A stretch of 60,796 bases of DNA, the filler included, from Hausera hauseri (lineage: Eukaryota): NCBI GenBank assembly GCA_046269625.1. It is 11 parts of 11 records of this genome, joined end to end, with 100 filler letters (N's around TTAATTAATTAA, not from the genome) between each part and the next. Parts side by side here need not be neighbours in the genome. Positions count along the whole stretch, not along the records: positions 49,726 to 56,677 come from JBJURY010049219.1; positions 56,778 to 60,796 come from JBJURY010815421.1; 9 more parts are not named here. One strand, 5' to 3'. This document shows, in pieces, positions 49,726-60,796 of the stretch. The notes below the pieces were generated by a model. It saw only the letters and a program-made list of their open reading frames with translations, ran no database searches and had not been told where the DNA came from. The position numbers and the translations under genes are program-made. Position 1 is the stretch's first letter. Each line of letters opens with the position of its first letter.

Positions 49726-52700
49726 TCGTTCGTTCGTTCGTTTGTTCGTTAGACCCTTCTTTCGTTCGATTGTTCGTTCGCTCGTTCGGTCATTCGTTCG
49801 TTCTTTCGTTCGTTCGTTCGTTCATTCGTTCGATCGTTCGTTCGATCGTTCGTTCGATCGTTCGTTCATTCATTCGTTCGTTCGTTTGATCGTTCGTTCG
49901 ATCGTTCGTTCGTTCGGCCGTTCTTTCGTTCGGTCGTTCTTTCGTTTGTTTGTTCGTTCGCTCGTTCCTTCATTCTTTCGTTCGATCGTTCGTTCGTTTG
50001 TTCGTTCGTTCGCTCTTTCTTTTTCTCGTTTGATCATTCGTTCGTTCGCTCGTTTTTTCGTTCGTTCGATCGATGGACCGTTATTTCGTTTGTTCTTTCG
50101 TTCTTTCTTTCGTTCGTTCGTTCGATCATTCGTACGTTCGTTCGTTTGCTCGTTTGTTCGTTCTTTCTTTCTTTCATTCTTTCGTTCCTTCGTTTGTTCT
50201 TTCGTTCATTTGTTCGTTTGTTCATTCTTTCGTTTATTCTTTCGTACGCCCGTTCGTTCGCACATTTGTTCGTTCTGTCTATCTTTCATTCTTTCGCTCC
50301 TTCGTTCGCTCTTTCGTTCATTCCTTCGTTCTTTCGTTCGTTTGTTCCTGCGTTCGATCGATTATGCTTCGTTCGTTCGTTCGTTCTTGCGTTCCTTCGA
50401 TCGTTCGATCGATCGCTCGTTCGATCGTTCTTTTGTCCGTTCCTTCGTTCCTTCGTTCTTTCGTTCGTTCCTTCTTTCGTCCGTTCTTTCGTTCGTTCGT
50501 TCGTTTGTTTGTTTGTTCGTTCGCTCGTTCCTTCATTCTTTCGTTCGTTCGTTCGTTCGTTCGTTCGGTCGTTCGTTCGTTCGTTTGTTCGTTCGTTCGT
50601 TCGTTCTTTCTTTCTCTCGTTCGATCATTCGTACGTTCGTTCGTTCCTTCGTTCGTTTGCTCGTTTGATCGTTCTTTCTTTCTTTCATTCTTTCGTTCCT
50701 TCGTTCGTTCGTTCGTTCATCCGTTCGTTTGTTCATTTTTTCGTTCGTTCGTTCGTTTGCTCATTCGTTCGCACGTTTGTTCGTTCTTTCTTTCTTTCAT
50801 TCTTTCGTTCCTTCGTTCGTTCTTTCGTTCATTCGTTCGACCTTTCGTTCTTTCGTTCGTTCGTTCCTGCGTTCGATCGTTTATACTTTGTTCGTTCGTT
50901 CGTTCTTGCGTTCCTTCGATCGTTCTATCGATCGTTCGTTCGTTCGTTCTTTCGTTCGTTCGATCGATGGACCGTTCTTTCGTTTGTTCTTTCGTTCTTT
51001 CTTTCGTTCGCTCGTTCGATCATTCGTACGTTCGTTCCTTATTTCGTTCGTTTGTTCGCTCGATAATTCGTTCGCGCGTTTGTTCGTTCTTTCTTTCTTT
51101 TATTCTTTCGTTCCTTCTTTCGTTCTTTCGTTCATTTGTTCGTTTGTTCATTCTTTCGTTCGTTCGTTCGTTCGCTCGTTTGTTCGTTCGTTCTTTCGTT
51201 CGTTTGTTCGCTCGATCGTTCGTTCGAGCGTTTGTTCGTTCATTCGTTCGTTTGTCCGTTCTTTCGTTCGTTCAATCGATGGACCGTTCTTTCGTTTGTT
51301 TTTTCGTTCTTTCTTTCGTTTCTTCGTTCGATCATTCGTACGTTTGTTCGTTCGTTTGTTCGTTCTCTCGTTTGTTCGTTCTTTCTTTTTTTCATACTTT
51401 CGTTGCTTCGTTCGTTCTTTTGTTCATCCGTTTGTTTGTTCATTCTTTCGTTCGTTCGTTCGTTCGCTCGTTCGTTCGCACGTTTGTTCGTTTTTCTTTC
51501 TTTCATTCTTTCGTTCCTTCGTTCGTTTTTTCGTTCATTTGTTCGTTCGATCATTCGTTCGCACGTTGTTTCGTTCGTTTGGTCGTTCGCTAGTTCGTTC
51601 ATTCGTTCGTTCTTTTGTTCCTTCGTTGGGTCTTTCGTTCGTTCGTTCGTTTGCTCATTTGTTCGTTCAATCATGCGTTCGTTCATTCGTTCGTTCTTGC
51701 GTTCTTTCGTTCGTTGGTTCCTGCGTTCGATCGTTTATGCTTCGTTCGTTCGTTCGTTCTTGCGTTTCTTCGATTGTTTGATCGATCGTTCGTTCGATCG
51801 ATCTTTCGTCCGTTCCTTCGTTCCTTCGTTCGTTCCTTCTCTCGTTCGTTCGTTCATTCGTTCGTTCGTTCCTTCGATCGTTCGTTCGATTCTTCGTTCG
51901 TTCGTCCGTTCTTTCGTTCATTCGTTCGTTCGTTCGTTCGTTCGTTCGTTCTATCGTTTATTCGTTCGTTCGTTCTTTCTTTCGTTCGTTCTTTCGTTCG
52001 TTCGTTCGTTGGTTTGTTCTTTCGATCGTTCGTTCGTTCGATCGTTCGTTCGTTTGTTCGTTCGTTCGTTCTTTCTTTCTCTCGTTCGATCGTTCGTTCG
52101 TTCGCTCGTTCTTTCGTTTGTTCGTTCTTTCGTTCGTTCGATCGATGGACCGTTCTTTAGTTTGTTCTTTTGTTCTTTCTATCGTTCGATCGTTCGATCA
52201 TTCGTACGTACGTTCGTTCCTTCGTTCGTTTGCTCGTTTGTTCTTTCTTTCTTTCTTTTATTCTTTCGTTCCTTCGTTCGTTCTTTCGTTCATCCGTTCG
52301 TTTGTTCATTCTTTCGTTCGATCTTTCGTTCGCTCGTTCGTTCGCTCGTTTGTTTGTTTTTTCTTTCTTTCATTCTTTCGTTCCTTCTTTCGTTCTTTCG
52401 TTCATTCGTTTGTTCTTTCGTTCATTCGTTCGTTTTTTCGTTCGTTCTTTCTTGCGTTCGATCGTTTATGCTTCGTTCGTTTGTTCGTTCTTGCGTTCCT
52501 TCGATCGTTCGATCGATCGTTCGTTCGATCGTTCTTTGGTCCGTTCCTTCGATCCTTTGTTTGTTCCTTCTCTCGTTCGTTCGTTCCTTCGTTCGTTCAT
52601 TTGTTCGTTCCTTCGTTCGTTCTTTCGTTCATTCGTTCGTTTGTTCATTCTTTCGTTCGTTCGTTTGTTCGATCGCTCGTTTGTTCGTTCGTTCTTTCGT

Positions 52701-55700
52701 TCGTTTGTTTGGTCGATCGTTCGTTCGAGCGTTTGTTCGTTCGCTCGTTCGTTTATTCGTTCGTTCGTTCGTTCTTTCGTTCATTTGTTCGTTCGATCAT
52801 TCGTTTGGACGTTGTTTCGTTCGTTTGTTTGATCGCTAGTTCGTTCATTCGTTCGTTCTTTCGTTCCTTCGTTGGGTCTTTCGTTCGTTCGTTCGTTCGC
52901 TCATTTGTTCGTTCCATCATGCGTTCGTTTGTTCGTTCGTTCTTTCGTTCATTCGTTCGTTCTTTCGTTTGTTCGTTCCTGCGATCGATCGTTTTTCCTT
53001 CGTTCGTTCGTTCGTTCTTGCGTTCCTTCGATCGTTCGATCGATCGTTCGTTTGTTCGTTCTTTCGTCCGTTCCTTTGTTCAATTTTCGTTCGGCCGCTC
53101 TTTCTTTCGTTCATTCGTTCGTTGGTTCGTTGGTTCGTTCGCTTGTTCGTGCGTTTGTTCGTCCGTTCGTTCGTTCGTACGTTCGTTCGTTCTTTCGTTT
53201 GTTTTTTCGTTCCTTCCTTCATTCTTTCGTTCGATCGATCGATCTTTCGTTCGTTTTTTCGTTCGTTCCTTCGTTCTTTCGCTCGTTCGATCGTTCGTTC
53301 GTTTGTTTGTTCGTTCTTTCTTTCGTTCGTTCGTTCGTTTGTTCGTTAGACCCTTCTTTCGTTCGATTGTTCGTTCGCTCGTTCGGTCATTCGTTCGTTT
53401 TTTCGTTCGATCGTTCGTTCGTTTGTTCGTTCGTTTGTTCTTTGGTTCATTCTTCCGTTCATTCGTTCGTATGTTCGTTTGTTCGTTTGTTCGTTCGTTC
53501 GTTCCTTCATTCTTTCGTTCCATCGTTCGTTCTTTTGTTCGTTTATTCGTTCGTTCGTTCGTTCTTTCGCTCGTTCGATCGTTCGTTCGTTCGTTCGTTG
53601 GTTCATTCGTTCGTTCTTGCGTTCGATCATTTTTCCTTCGTTCGTCCGTTCGTTCTTGCGTTCCTTCGATCGTCCGATCGATCGATCGTTCGTTTGTTTT
53701 TACGTCCGTTCGTTTGTTCGTTTGTTCTTTCGTTCTTTCGATCGTTCGTTCCTTCGTTCGATCTTTCGTTCGTTCGTTCATTCGTTCGTTCGTTCGTTCG
53801 TTCATCCGTTCTTTCGCTCCTTCCTTCTTTCGTTTTTCTTTCGTTCGTTCGTTCTTTCTTTCTTTCTTTCTTTCTTTGTTTGATTTTCGTTCGGCCGCTC
53901 TTTCGTTGGTTCGTTCGTTTGTTGCTTCGTTCGTTCCTTCATTCTTTCGTTCGATCGTTCGTTCTTTTGTTCGTTTATTCGTTCGGTCGTTCGTTCTTTC
54001 GCTCGCTCGATCGTTTGTTCGTTCGTTCGTTCATTGGTTCGTTCGTTCTTTCGTTCGTTCGACCGATCGACCCTTCGTTCGTTTGTTCGTTTCTTCTTTC
54101 TTTCTTTCGTTTGTTTGTTCGTTCGATCGTTCGTTCGCACGTTTGTTCCTTCGTTCTATCGTTTATTCGTTTGTTCTTTCGTTCGATCATTCGTTCGATC
54201 GTTTGTTCGTTTGCCGTTCGATCATTCGTTCGTTCTTTCGTTGGTTAGTTCTTTCGTTCTTGCGTTCGATCGTTTTTGCTTCGTTCGTTCGTTCGTTCTT
54301 CCGTTCCTTCGATCGTCCGATCGATCGATCGTTCGTTCGTTTTTACGTCCGTTCGTTTGTTCCTTCGTTCATTCGTTCTTTCGATCGTTCGTTCCTTCGT
54401 TCGTTCTTTCGTTCGTTTGTTCATTCGTTTGTTTGTTCGTTTGTTCGTTTGTTCATTTGTTCTTTCGTTCGTTTGTTTGTTCGATCGTTCGGTCGCACGT
54501 TTGTTCGTTCGTTCGTTCATTCATTCTTTCGTTTGTTCGTTCAATTTTTCGTTCATTCGTTCGTTTGTTTGTTCGATCGATCGTTCGTTCGTTTGTTCGT
54601 TTTCTCGTTCGTTCATTCGTTCGATCTTTCGTTGGTTCGTTCGTTCGTTCCTGCGTTCGATCGTTTTTCCTTCGTTCGTTCGTTCGTTCTTGCGTTTTTT
54701 CGATCGTTCGATCGATCGTTCGTTTAATCGTTTTTTCGTCCGTTCCTTCGTTCCTTCTTTCTTTCGTTCTTTCGCTCGTTCATCCGTTCTTTCGTTCCTT
54801 CCTTCTTTCGTTTTTTCTTTCGTTCCTTCGCTCGTTCGGTCATTCGTTCGTTCTTTCGTTCGTTCGTTGCTTCGTTCGTTCGTTCGTTGATTCCTTCGTT
54901 CGTTCGTTCGTTCTGTCGTTCGTTCGTTTGTTTGTTCGTTTTTTCGTTCCTTCATTCTTTCGTTCGATCGTTCGTTCTTTTGTTCGGTCGATCGTTCGTT
55001 TGTTCGCTCCTTCGTTAGATCGATCGCTCGTTATTTCATTTGTTCGATCCTATGTTCGTTTGATCGTTCTTTCGTTCGATCGATCGATCGATCTTTTGTT
55101 CGTTTTTTCGTTCGTTCGTTCATTCTTTCGCTCGTTCGATCGTTCGTTCGTTAGTTCGTTCTTTCCTTCGTTCGTTCGTTCGTTTGTTCGTTCGCTCGTT
55201 TGTTCATTCTTTCCTTCTTTCGTTTTTTCTTTCGTTCGTTCGATCGTTCGATCGTTCGTTCTTTTGTTCGTTCGTTCGTTTGTTCGTTCGTTCTTTCGTT
55301 CCTTCGTTCGTTCTTTCTTTCGTTCCTTTGTTCAATTTTCGTTCGGCTTCTCTTTCGTTGGTTCGTTCGTTCGTTGGTTCGTTGGTTCGTTCGTTGATTC
55401 ATTCGTTCGTCCGTTCGTTCGGTCGTTTGTTTGTTCGTTCGTTCTTTCGTTCGTTCGAACTGTCGTTCGTTCGTTTGTTTGTTCGTTTGTTCGTTCCTTT
55501 ATTCTTTCGTTCGATCGTTAGTTCTTTTGTTCGGTCGTTCGTTCGTTTGTTCGTTCTTTCGTTAGATCGATCGCTCGTTACTTCATTTGTTCGATCATAT
55601 GTTCGTTCGATCGTTCTTTCGTTTGATCGATCGATCGATCTTTCGTTCCTTTTTTCGTTCGTTCGTTCATTCTTTCGCTCGTTCGATCGTTCGTACGTTA

Positions 55701-56677
55701 GTTCGTTCTTTTGTTCGTTCGTTCTTTCGTTCTTTCGATCGTTCGTTCCTTCGTTCGTTCTTTCGTTCGTTCGTTCATTCGTTTGTTCGTTCGTTTGTTC
55801 GTTTGTTCATTTGTTCTTTCGTTCGTTTGTTCGTTCGATCGTTCCTTCGCACGTTTTTTCGTTCGGTCGTTCATTCATTCTTTCGTTCGTTCGTTCGATC
55901 TTTCGTTCATTCGTTCGTTTGTTCATTCGATCGTTCGTTCGTTCGTTTGTTCGTTCGCTCGTTCGTTCATTCGTTCGATCTTTCGTTCGTTCGTTCGTTC
56001 GTTCCTGCATTCGATCGTTTTTCCTTCGTTCATTCGTTCGTTCTTGCGTTCCTTTGATCGTTCGATCGATCGTTCGTTCGATCGTTCTTTCGTCCGTTCC
56101 TTCGTTCTTTCGTTCGTTCGTTCGTTCGTTTGTTCGTTTATCCGTTTTTTCGCTCTTTTATTCTTTCGTTTTTTTTCGTTCGTTCGTTCTTTCTTTCTTT
56201 CTTTCTTTGTTTGATTTTCGTTCTGCCGCTCTTTCGTTGGTTCGTTCGTTTGTTGCTTCGTTCGATTGTACCTTCGTTCCTTCGTTCGTTCGTCCCTTCG
56301 TTCGTTTGTTCGTTTGTTCGTTCGTTCCTTCATTCTTTCGTTCGATCGTTCGTTCTTTTGTTCGGTCGATCGTTCGTTTTTTCGTTCCTTCGTTAGATCG
56401 ATCGCTCGTTACTTTATTTGTTCGATCCTATGTTCGTTTGATCGATCTTTCGTTCGTTTTTTCGTTCGTTCGTTCATTCTTTCGCTCGTTCGATCGTTCG
56501 TTCGTTAGTTCGTTCTTTCGTTCGTTCGTTCCTTCGTTCCTTTTTTCGTTCGTTCGTTCATTCGTTTGTTCGTTCGTTTGTTCGTTCGTTCATTCATTTA
56601 TTCGTTCGTTCGTTCGATCTTTCGTTCATTCGTTCGTTTGTTCATTCGATCGTTCGTTCGTTCGTTTGTTCGTTCGC
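49726..56677. repeat. Degenerate (TTCG)n satellite array filling a whole contig
   Basis: TTCG/TTTG/TTCT/ATCG variants throughout; all ORFs here are repeat artefacts. Confidence 0.97.
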
Positions 56678-56777
56678 NNNNNNNNNNNNNNNNNNNNNNN
56701 NNNNNNNNNNNNNNNNNNNNNTTAATTAATTAANNNNNNNNNNNNNNNNNNNNNNNNNNNNNNNNNNNNNNNNNNNN

Positions 56778-59004
56778 TCCGGATATAATAAAATGCTTTT
56801 TGCAGGAAAAAACTTTATTATAACCGATCATTTTGAAAATTGCAAACTTTGCGCAGTTGTACTGACTTGTTCCCATCGCTATATTCGATTCCCCGCTCCA
56901 AGCTTAACAGTAACTAAAGTGACAATCTGCACATTTTTGTAGAGTTTCGAGGACAACAGACTCAATACAATATTCAGTAGAGAACGGTAATCAGTCGCGT
57001 GTTAAAAATTTATCAAGAGTCGTTTCTATTTTGCTGTTAAATGTTGCATTAGTAACAGAAAATTGCAAATTGTCTAAATGATAAAAGTCGTCCACAGAAG
57101 AAGAATGCTTCAAAAGATAGAAGCGAATTTAATGTAGCATTTGAACAGTCTCAGCGTGTGAGGAAATATTTTCATCATCATGATCACAGGTACTGTTATC
57201 ATCAGAATGATCGTTCACGATGGTCTCACCAGTTGATGGCATCAGAGAATCGATGATGGCAGCTTCACTCGAAGTTTCTACGGTGGAAATGTCATCGTCA
57301 ATTGATGCGAACAGCCCTGTTCTCATTGTATCTGGCAAAGAGAACGCATCACGCAGGCGGTCAAAAATGTTTCTCACGTTAGCAGAATCATCTGAAGAAA
57401 CCGTTTTATCGGAGGAAGTTGTGAGAAGAGAAACGGAGTCATCACGAAAGCCAGCAGAACGGAAACAATTGACGATTGTTTCAACTTGAACGCGATTCCG
57501 TGAAGTTTTCGGCCAATGTAGTGTTCTCATAAGGTCTGTCTGGAAGGGTTGCTTGGCATCATGTGCAATGAGCAGCTTAACCATCAGCTGCTTGCGATAA
57601 TGCGTTTTCAGTGACGAGATAATTCCGCAATCTATTGGTTGCATCTTGAAAGTGGTGTTCAAAGGACGAAACACAAGGGTAACAGATCGAAACGAATCGA
57701 GTTTGGGATGGCAAGGCAGCTGACAACAATGGGAAGGATATTTCTATTAGCAGCACTAATTTGACAATCAATCCTTCGAATGTGTCTTCAAAAATAGCAA
57801 AAGTCATCCATGCATTATCATTGCTGGCATACTCCAAAAAAACGCGCTGATTGCAAAACGCTCTGGGATGCGCAGATTTACCGATGACCAGCAGTGGTAA
57901 TTTCTCGCCTGTCATGCTGGCAGCCACGAAGGCAGAGATCCTCTCTTTGGAATGCTTTCCTCCATGGCATTTCTCGCCGGCAAAGTCAAGGGTGCGCTGA
58001 GGAGTGAATTTCCAGAATATTCCCGTCTCATCTCCACTGAATATGTCTGCGGGGAGAAATGTTGCAGCAGACTGGGAATGACGCCTGAAAATCAGTTGTG
58101 TGAGGCTTCTTCAGAAACAGCACAACCGTCACCACACATCAGTTTAGATGTGACATTGTGTCGATGTTTTCATCTTTGGATCCACGACATGAAGATTGTC
58201 GAATCTCCTTCTGATGTTTTGCTGCTTCGAAGAGGAAAGAGAAACGACCGGGCCTTGGTCTTCAGAAACTCGTCATTAACGGCTATTTTGGAAGTGCCGC
58301 ACGTCTTGAACCATTGGAGAAGATCGTTATCAACTTCAGCGAACTTGTCTGCAGCACGGCATTTTTTGCCGTAGAGGAAAAACTGCCAGAAAAAATCTCT
58401 GGACTCAATCACTTCTCGCCATTTCACGATGACAAAAAGGATGCATTGCTTTATTCCAAACTCTTCAGCAATGTCACCCTGTTTCCTCTTGAGACATGCT
58501 GCTTTCTTGCTGTCATCTTCGACAGCTTGAAGAATTTTCAACTTTACATCAGTTTTTAGTGACTTTCGCTTGGTATCCATTGTGCAGTAAGAATGACTCC
58601 ATTTTTAAGATGAACATGGGCTGCTGGAACATAAAACTACTGCAGCACAGTGTATGTAAAGTTCGCATTGTCTGTGTTGGTACTTATGAGCTCATTGCTA
58701 AGCTATGCTTATATCATTGTCACATTGTTGAAGATCATAGCAATAAGCAAAACTTGAAGGCTTACCTGTAAAGCAAACTGAAAGTGATATACACAGCAAA
58801 TTTTATTATAGCCGATTGCATTTCTGTTTATTTTTGATTCAGCTGACAGAAAAAAAATTTAATATAACCGATTTTTATTATAGCCAATTTCATATTAACC
58901 GAATAAAATGCATGCATTGTTGTAGTAAGATGTTGTTGCCACCAAGTAATTTCACTACATCCAATTTTTATCATATCCGACTTTACTATATCCGGAAGTT
59001 ACTG
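56778..59004 (-). mobile_element. Tigger/pogo-family DNA transposon with decayed transposase (57129-58580)
   Basis: MDTKRKSL..KLKIL (HTH_psq), LLQWF (CENP-B HTH), DETG, GEKLPLLVIGKS..PRAF, NAWMT, PLNTT..MQPIDCGII. TIR TA|CAGTAACTTCCGGATATA at 59004, matching TCCGGATATA at the contig start; TTATTATARCCGA subterminal repeats. Confidence 0.88.
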
Positions 59005-59049
59005 TATATTTATTAATCTTCCACTGCCCACTATTTTTTCCCATACTCA

Positions 59050-59500
59050 CGATAATTCGACTTTGTAAATTATCATACACGTTGTATAATTGATCAGCAG
59101 TTATTGCGTTATTGGCATGACTCTATAGAAAGAAATCAATAGTAGTCAAATCTGGTGATCGAGGCAGCGATGGATGTTTTGAGTCTTGACCTATCCATCT
59201 TTTTGGAAATGTTTCGTCGAGAAATTTCCGTAGCACTGATGGAAACTGTCACAGAACACCTTCTTGTTGGAATATCATCGTATCTGCGATGCCTAACCGT
59301 CTGGATTTTGGGCTAAAAAGTTCTGCTGCATATCCAAATAATTATTTGAATTATCCGTAGGATCCTCGAAAAATATTCGGTCAATAATTCTTGATTTTCC
59401 CAAGCAGCACCAAACAGTGATATTCTGGGAATGAGCTTGATGTTTAGACATTCCACCGGACTTGACTGTTGCTCGCGTTCTTGTATTTTATTAGTAGTGG
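59050..59500 (-). pseudogene. Tc1/Tc3-like (IS630-Tc1-mariner) transposase C-terminal fragment
   Basis: FQQEG...VLRKFLDETFPKRWIGQ...PRSPDLTTIDFFL corresponds to FQQDGAP...FP.RWIGR...WPPRSPDLTP.DFFLWG. Confidence 0.75.
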
Positions 59501-60796
59501 AAAAACGGGCACTCTCATACAACCCCTGTTTCACCCCCTTTAGTTAAATGCATGTGTTAAAACAAAAGTCAATTTAACGATATGGTGAATTGGACTTGGT
59601 ACTTTTTGCATATCTCTCGATGGGATGAACTGGTATTTGTTCGTTAACCCTTGTCACATGAGGCCAAGGCCATTGAAGATCAAGGACCTTTAAGGTTAAG
59701 ACCATCTTTTACATGAGCAAAAAGGGTATGAACAAAATGTGAAAAAACATTCAAATAAACAAAAGAATGAAAGAATCTCACTCTTGTTGTACTTTATCAT
59801 CTGGTTATAAAATAAAGGTAATGCATAGGATGTATTTTTAATCACCCTATAATTTGTTTTTATTGTGATTTCGATTGTGTACAAGGAAACCTCTGTGGTG
59901 CCGTGGTCGCTCGCACCAGATGGCAGTGGTTGGGATGCGGTCAAGCCGTGTCCAGTCAATATTCTTCACTCAGAGTAACACTGAATTTGACCAGGCTATT
60001 CGTCAGCGGCGCACGTTTTCAAAAGACATTCAAAGTTTAAATGGCAGCAGAAATAAACAAGACCAATACGATTAAGTTCCGAATTTCAAATTTTGCCTGT
60101 GAAAATTACAAAACCTCGTTTTCCTATTCCATATACTTCTCATGAACTCCAACATATTCAAGATTCAAGACATGTTATTCACGTTACATGATCAGTAGTG
60201 GGCCCGACCTCCTCCTTTGTTCTGGATTTTTATCGTTCTGCTAGTGTTGATTTTTCCATTATTCTTGTGCAAAGTCGTGTATAACGAATACTGCCAGTAT
60301 CAAGATGATTACAATTTATCCATTTCCAATTCGGCAGGTCTCAATGAAAATGGACGGTCAAATTATTATTACATACCATCGACGAGGCAAACTCATTATT
60401 ATAGCAACTTACATCCTGTGATTCGTCATCAGTTCATTTGTTTTATTTAAAAATTGACAAGCTATTTATTTCTGGTTATGAATTATAAATTTTGCTTGAT
60501 TTTGATGTCTTGTACTTCTGTTTTTAAGCCTATTGGAATGTCTGCACAATATTCTTTTAGATTGTTTTGTTAAAGTACAGACTTTATTATAGTTTGTCTT
60601 CCAATATTTGTAAAAATCTCTTACTTCATTCTGCGGGTTGTCAATTTGTTTAAATGCACAAAAAAGTTGTATTGTAGTCATAATAAATTTTTATAGAAAC
60701 CAAAAGGACATCGATTTTTGTTGAATTATTTAAAATTGAAATATTTTCTTCATTGTTGGAATAAATTTGGTGTCAGAATATCAAATTGGTAAACCT

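Noticed and set aside
49742-56725. Long ORFs up to 869 aa (FVRS/NERT repeats)
   Set aside because: Artefacts of a stop-poor tetranucleotide repeat.
59885-59960. tRNA gene or tRNA-derived SINE head (A-box and B-box-like words)
   Set aside because: No cloverleaf could be built and the B box is imperfect; insufficient support without copy-number data.

Overview
This window is not contiguous DNA. It is 11 eukaryotic contigs joined by ten identical 100-bp spacers (44 N + TTAATTAATTAA + 44 N), so neighbouring contigs need not be linked. Content is mostly mobile or virus-derived. The main observation is a family of large Ty3/Gypsy-type LTR retroelements, seen as four separate contigs. In two divergent copies (21414-31003 +, 40656-45561 -), a chuvirus/Monjiviricetes-like class III fusion glycoprotein lies UPSTREAM of protease-RT-RNaseH(-IN) and is fused in frame to the protease, preceded by an AT-hook. 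Conventional env genes lie 3' of pol. Two other contigs carry a PBS, gag and a very long gag extension (SAM-like and ubiquitin-like motifs in the longer copy); linking these to the env-pol contigs is inference. One env-pol copy also has FN3+TM and degenerate DEDDh-exonuclease cargo downstream of integrase. Also present: three decayed protein-primed PolB (Polinton/Adintovirus-like) loci, one beside a dUTPase pseudogene and one on a contig with a RING-finger ORF; a spliced MBOAT (oysgedart/LPCAT-like) host gene with mostly 40-50 nt introns; a teleost-like contig with a hAT end and a spliced integrase-core gene; mariner, Tigger/pogo and Tc1-like remnants; and a ~7 kb degenerate (TTCG)n satellite. 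All family assignments come from recognising motifs by eye, not from database searches.
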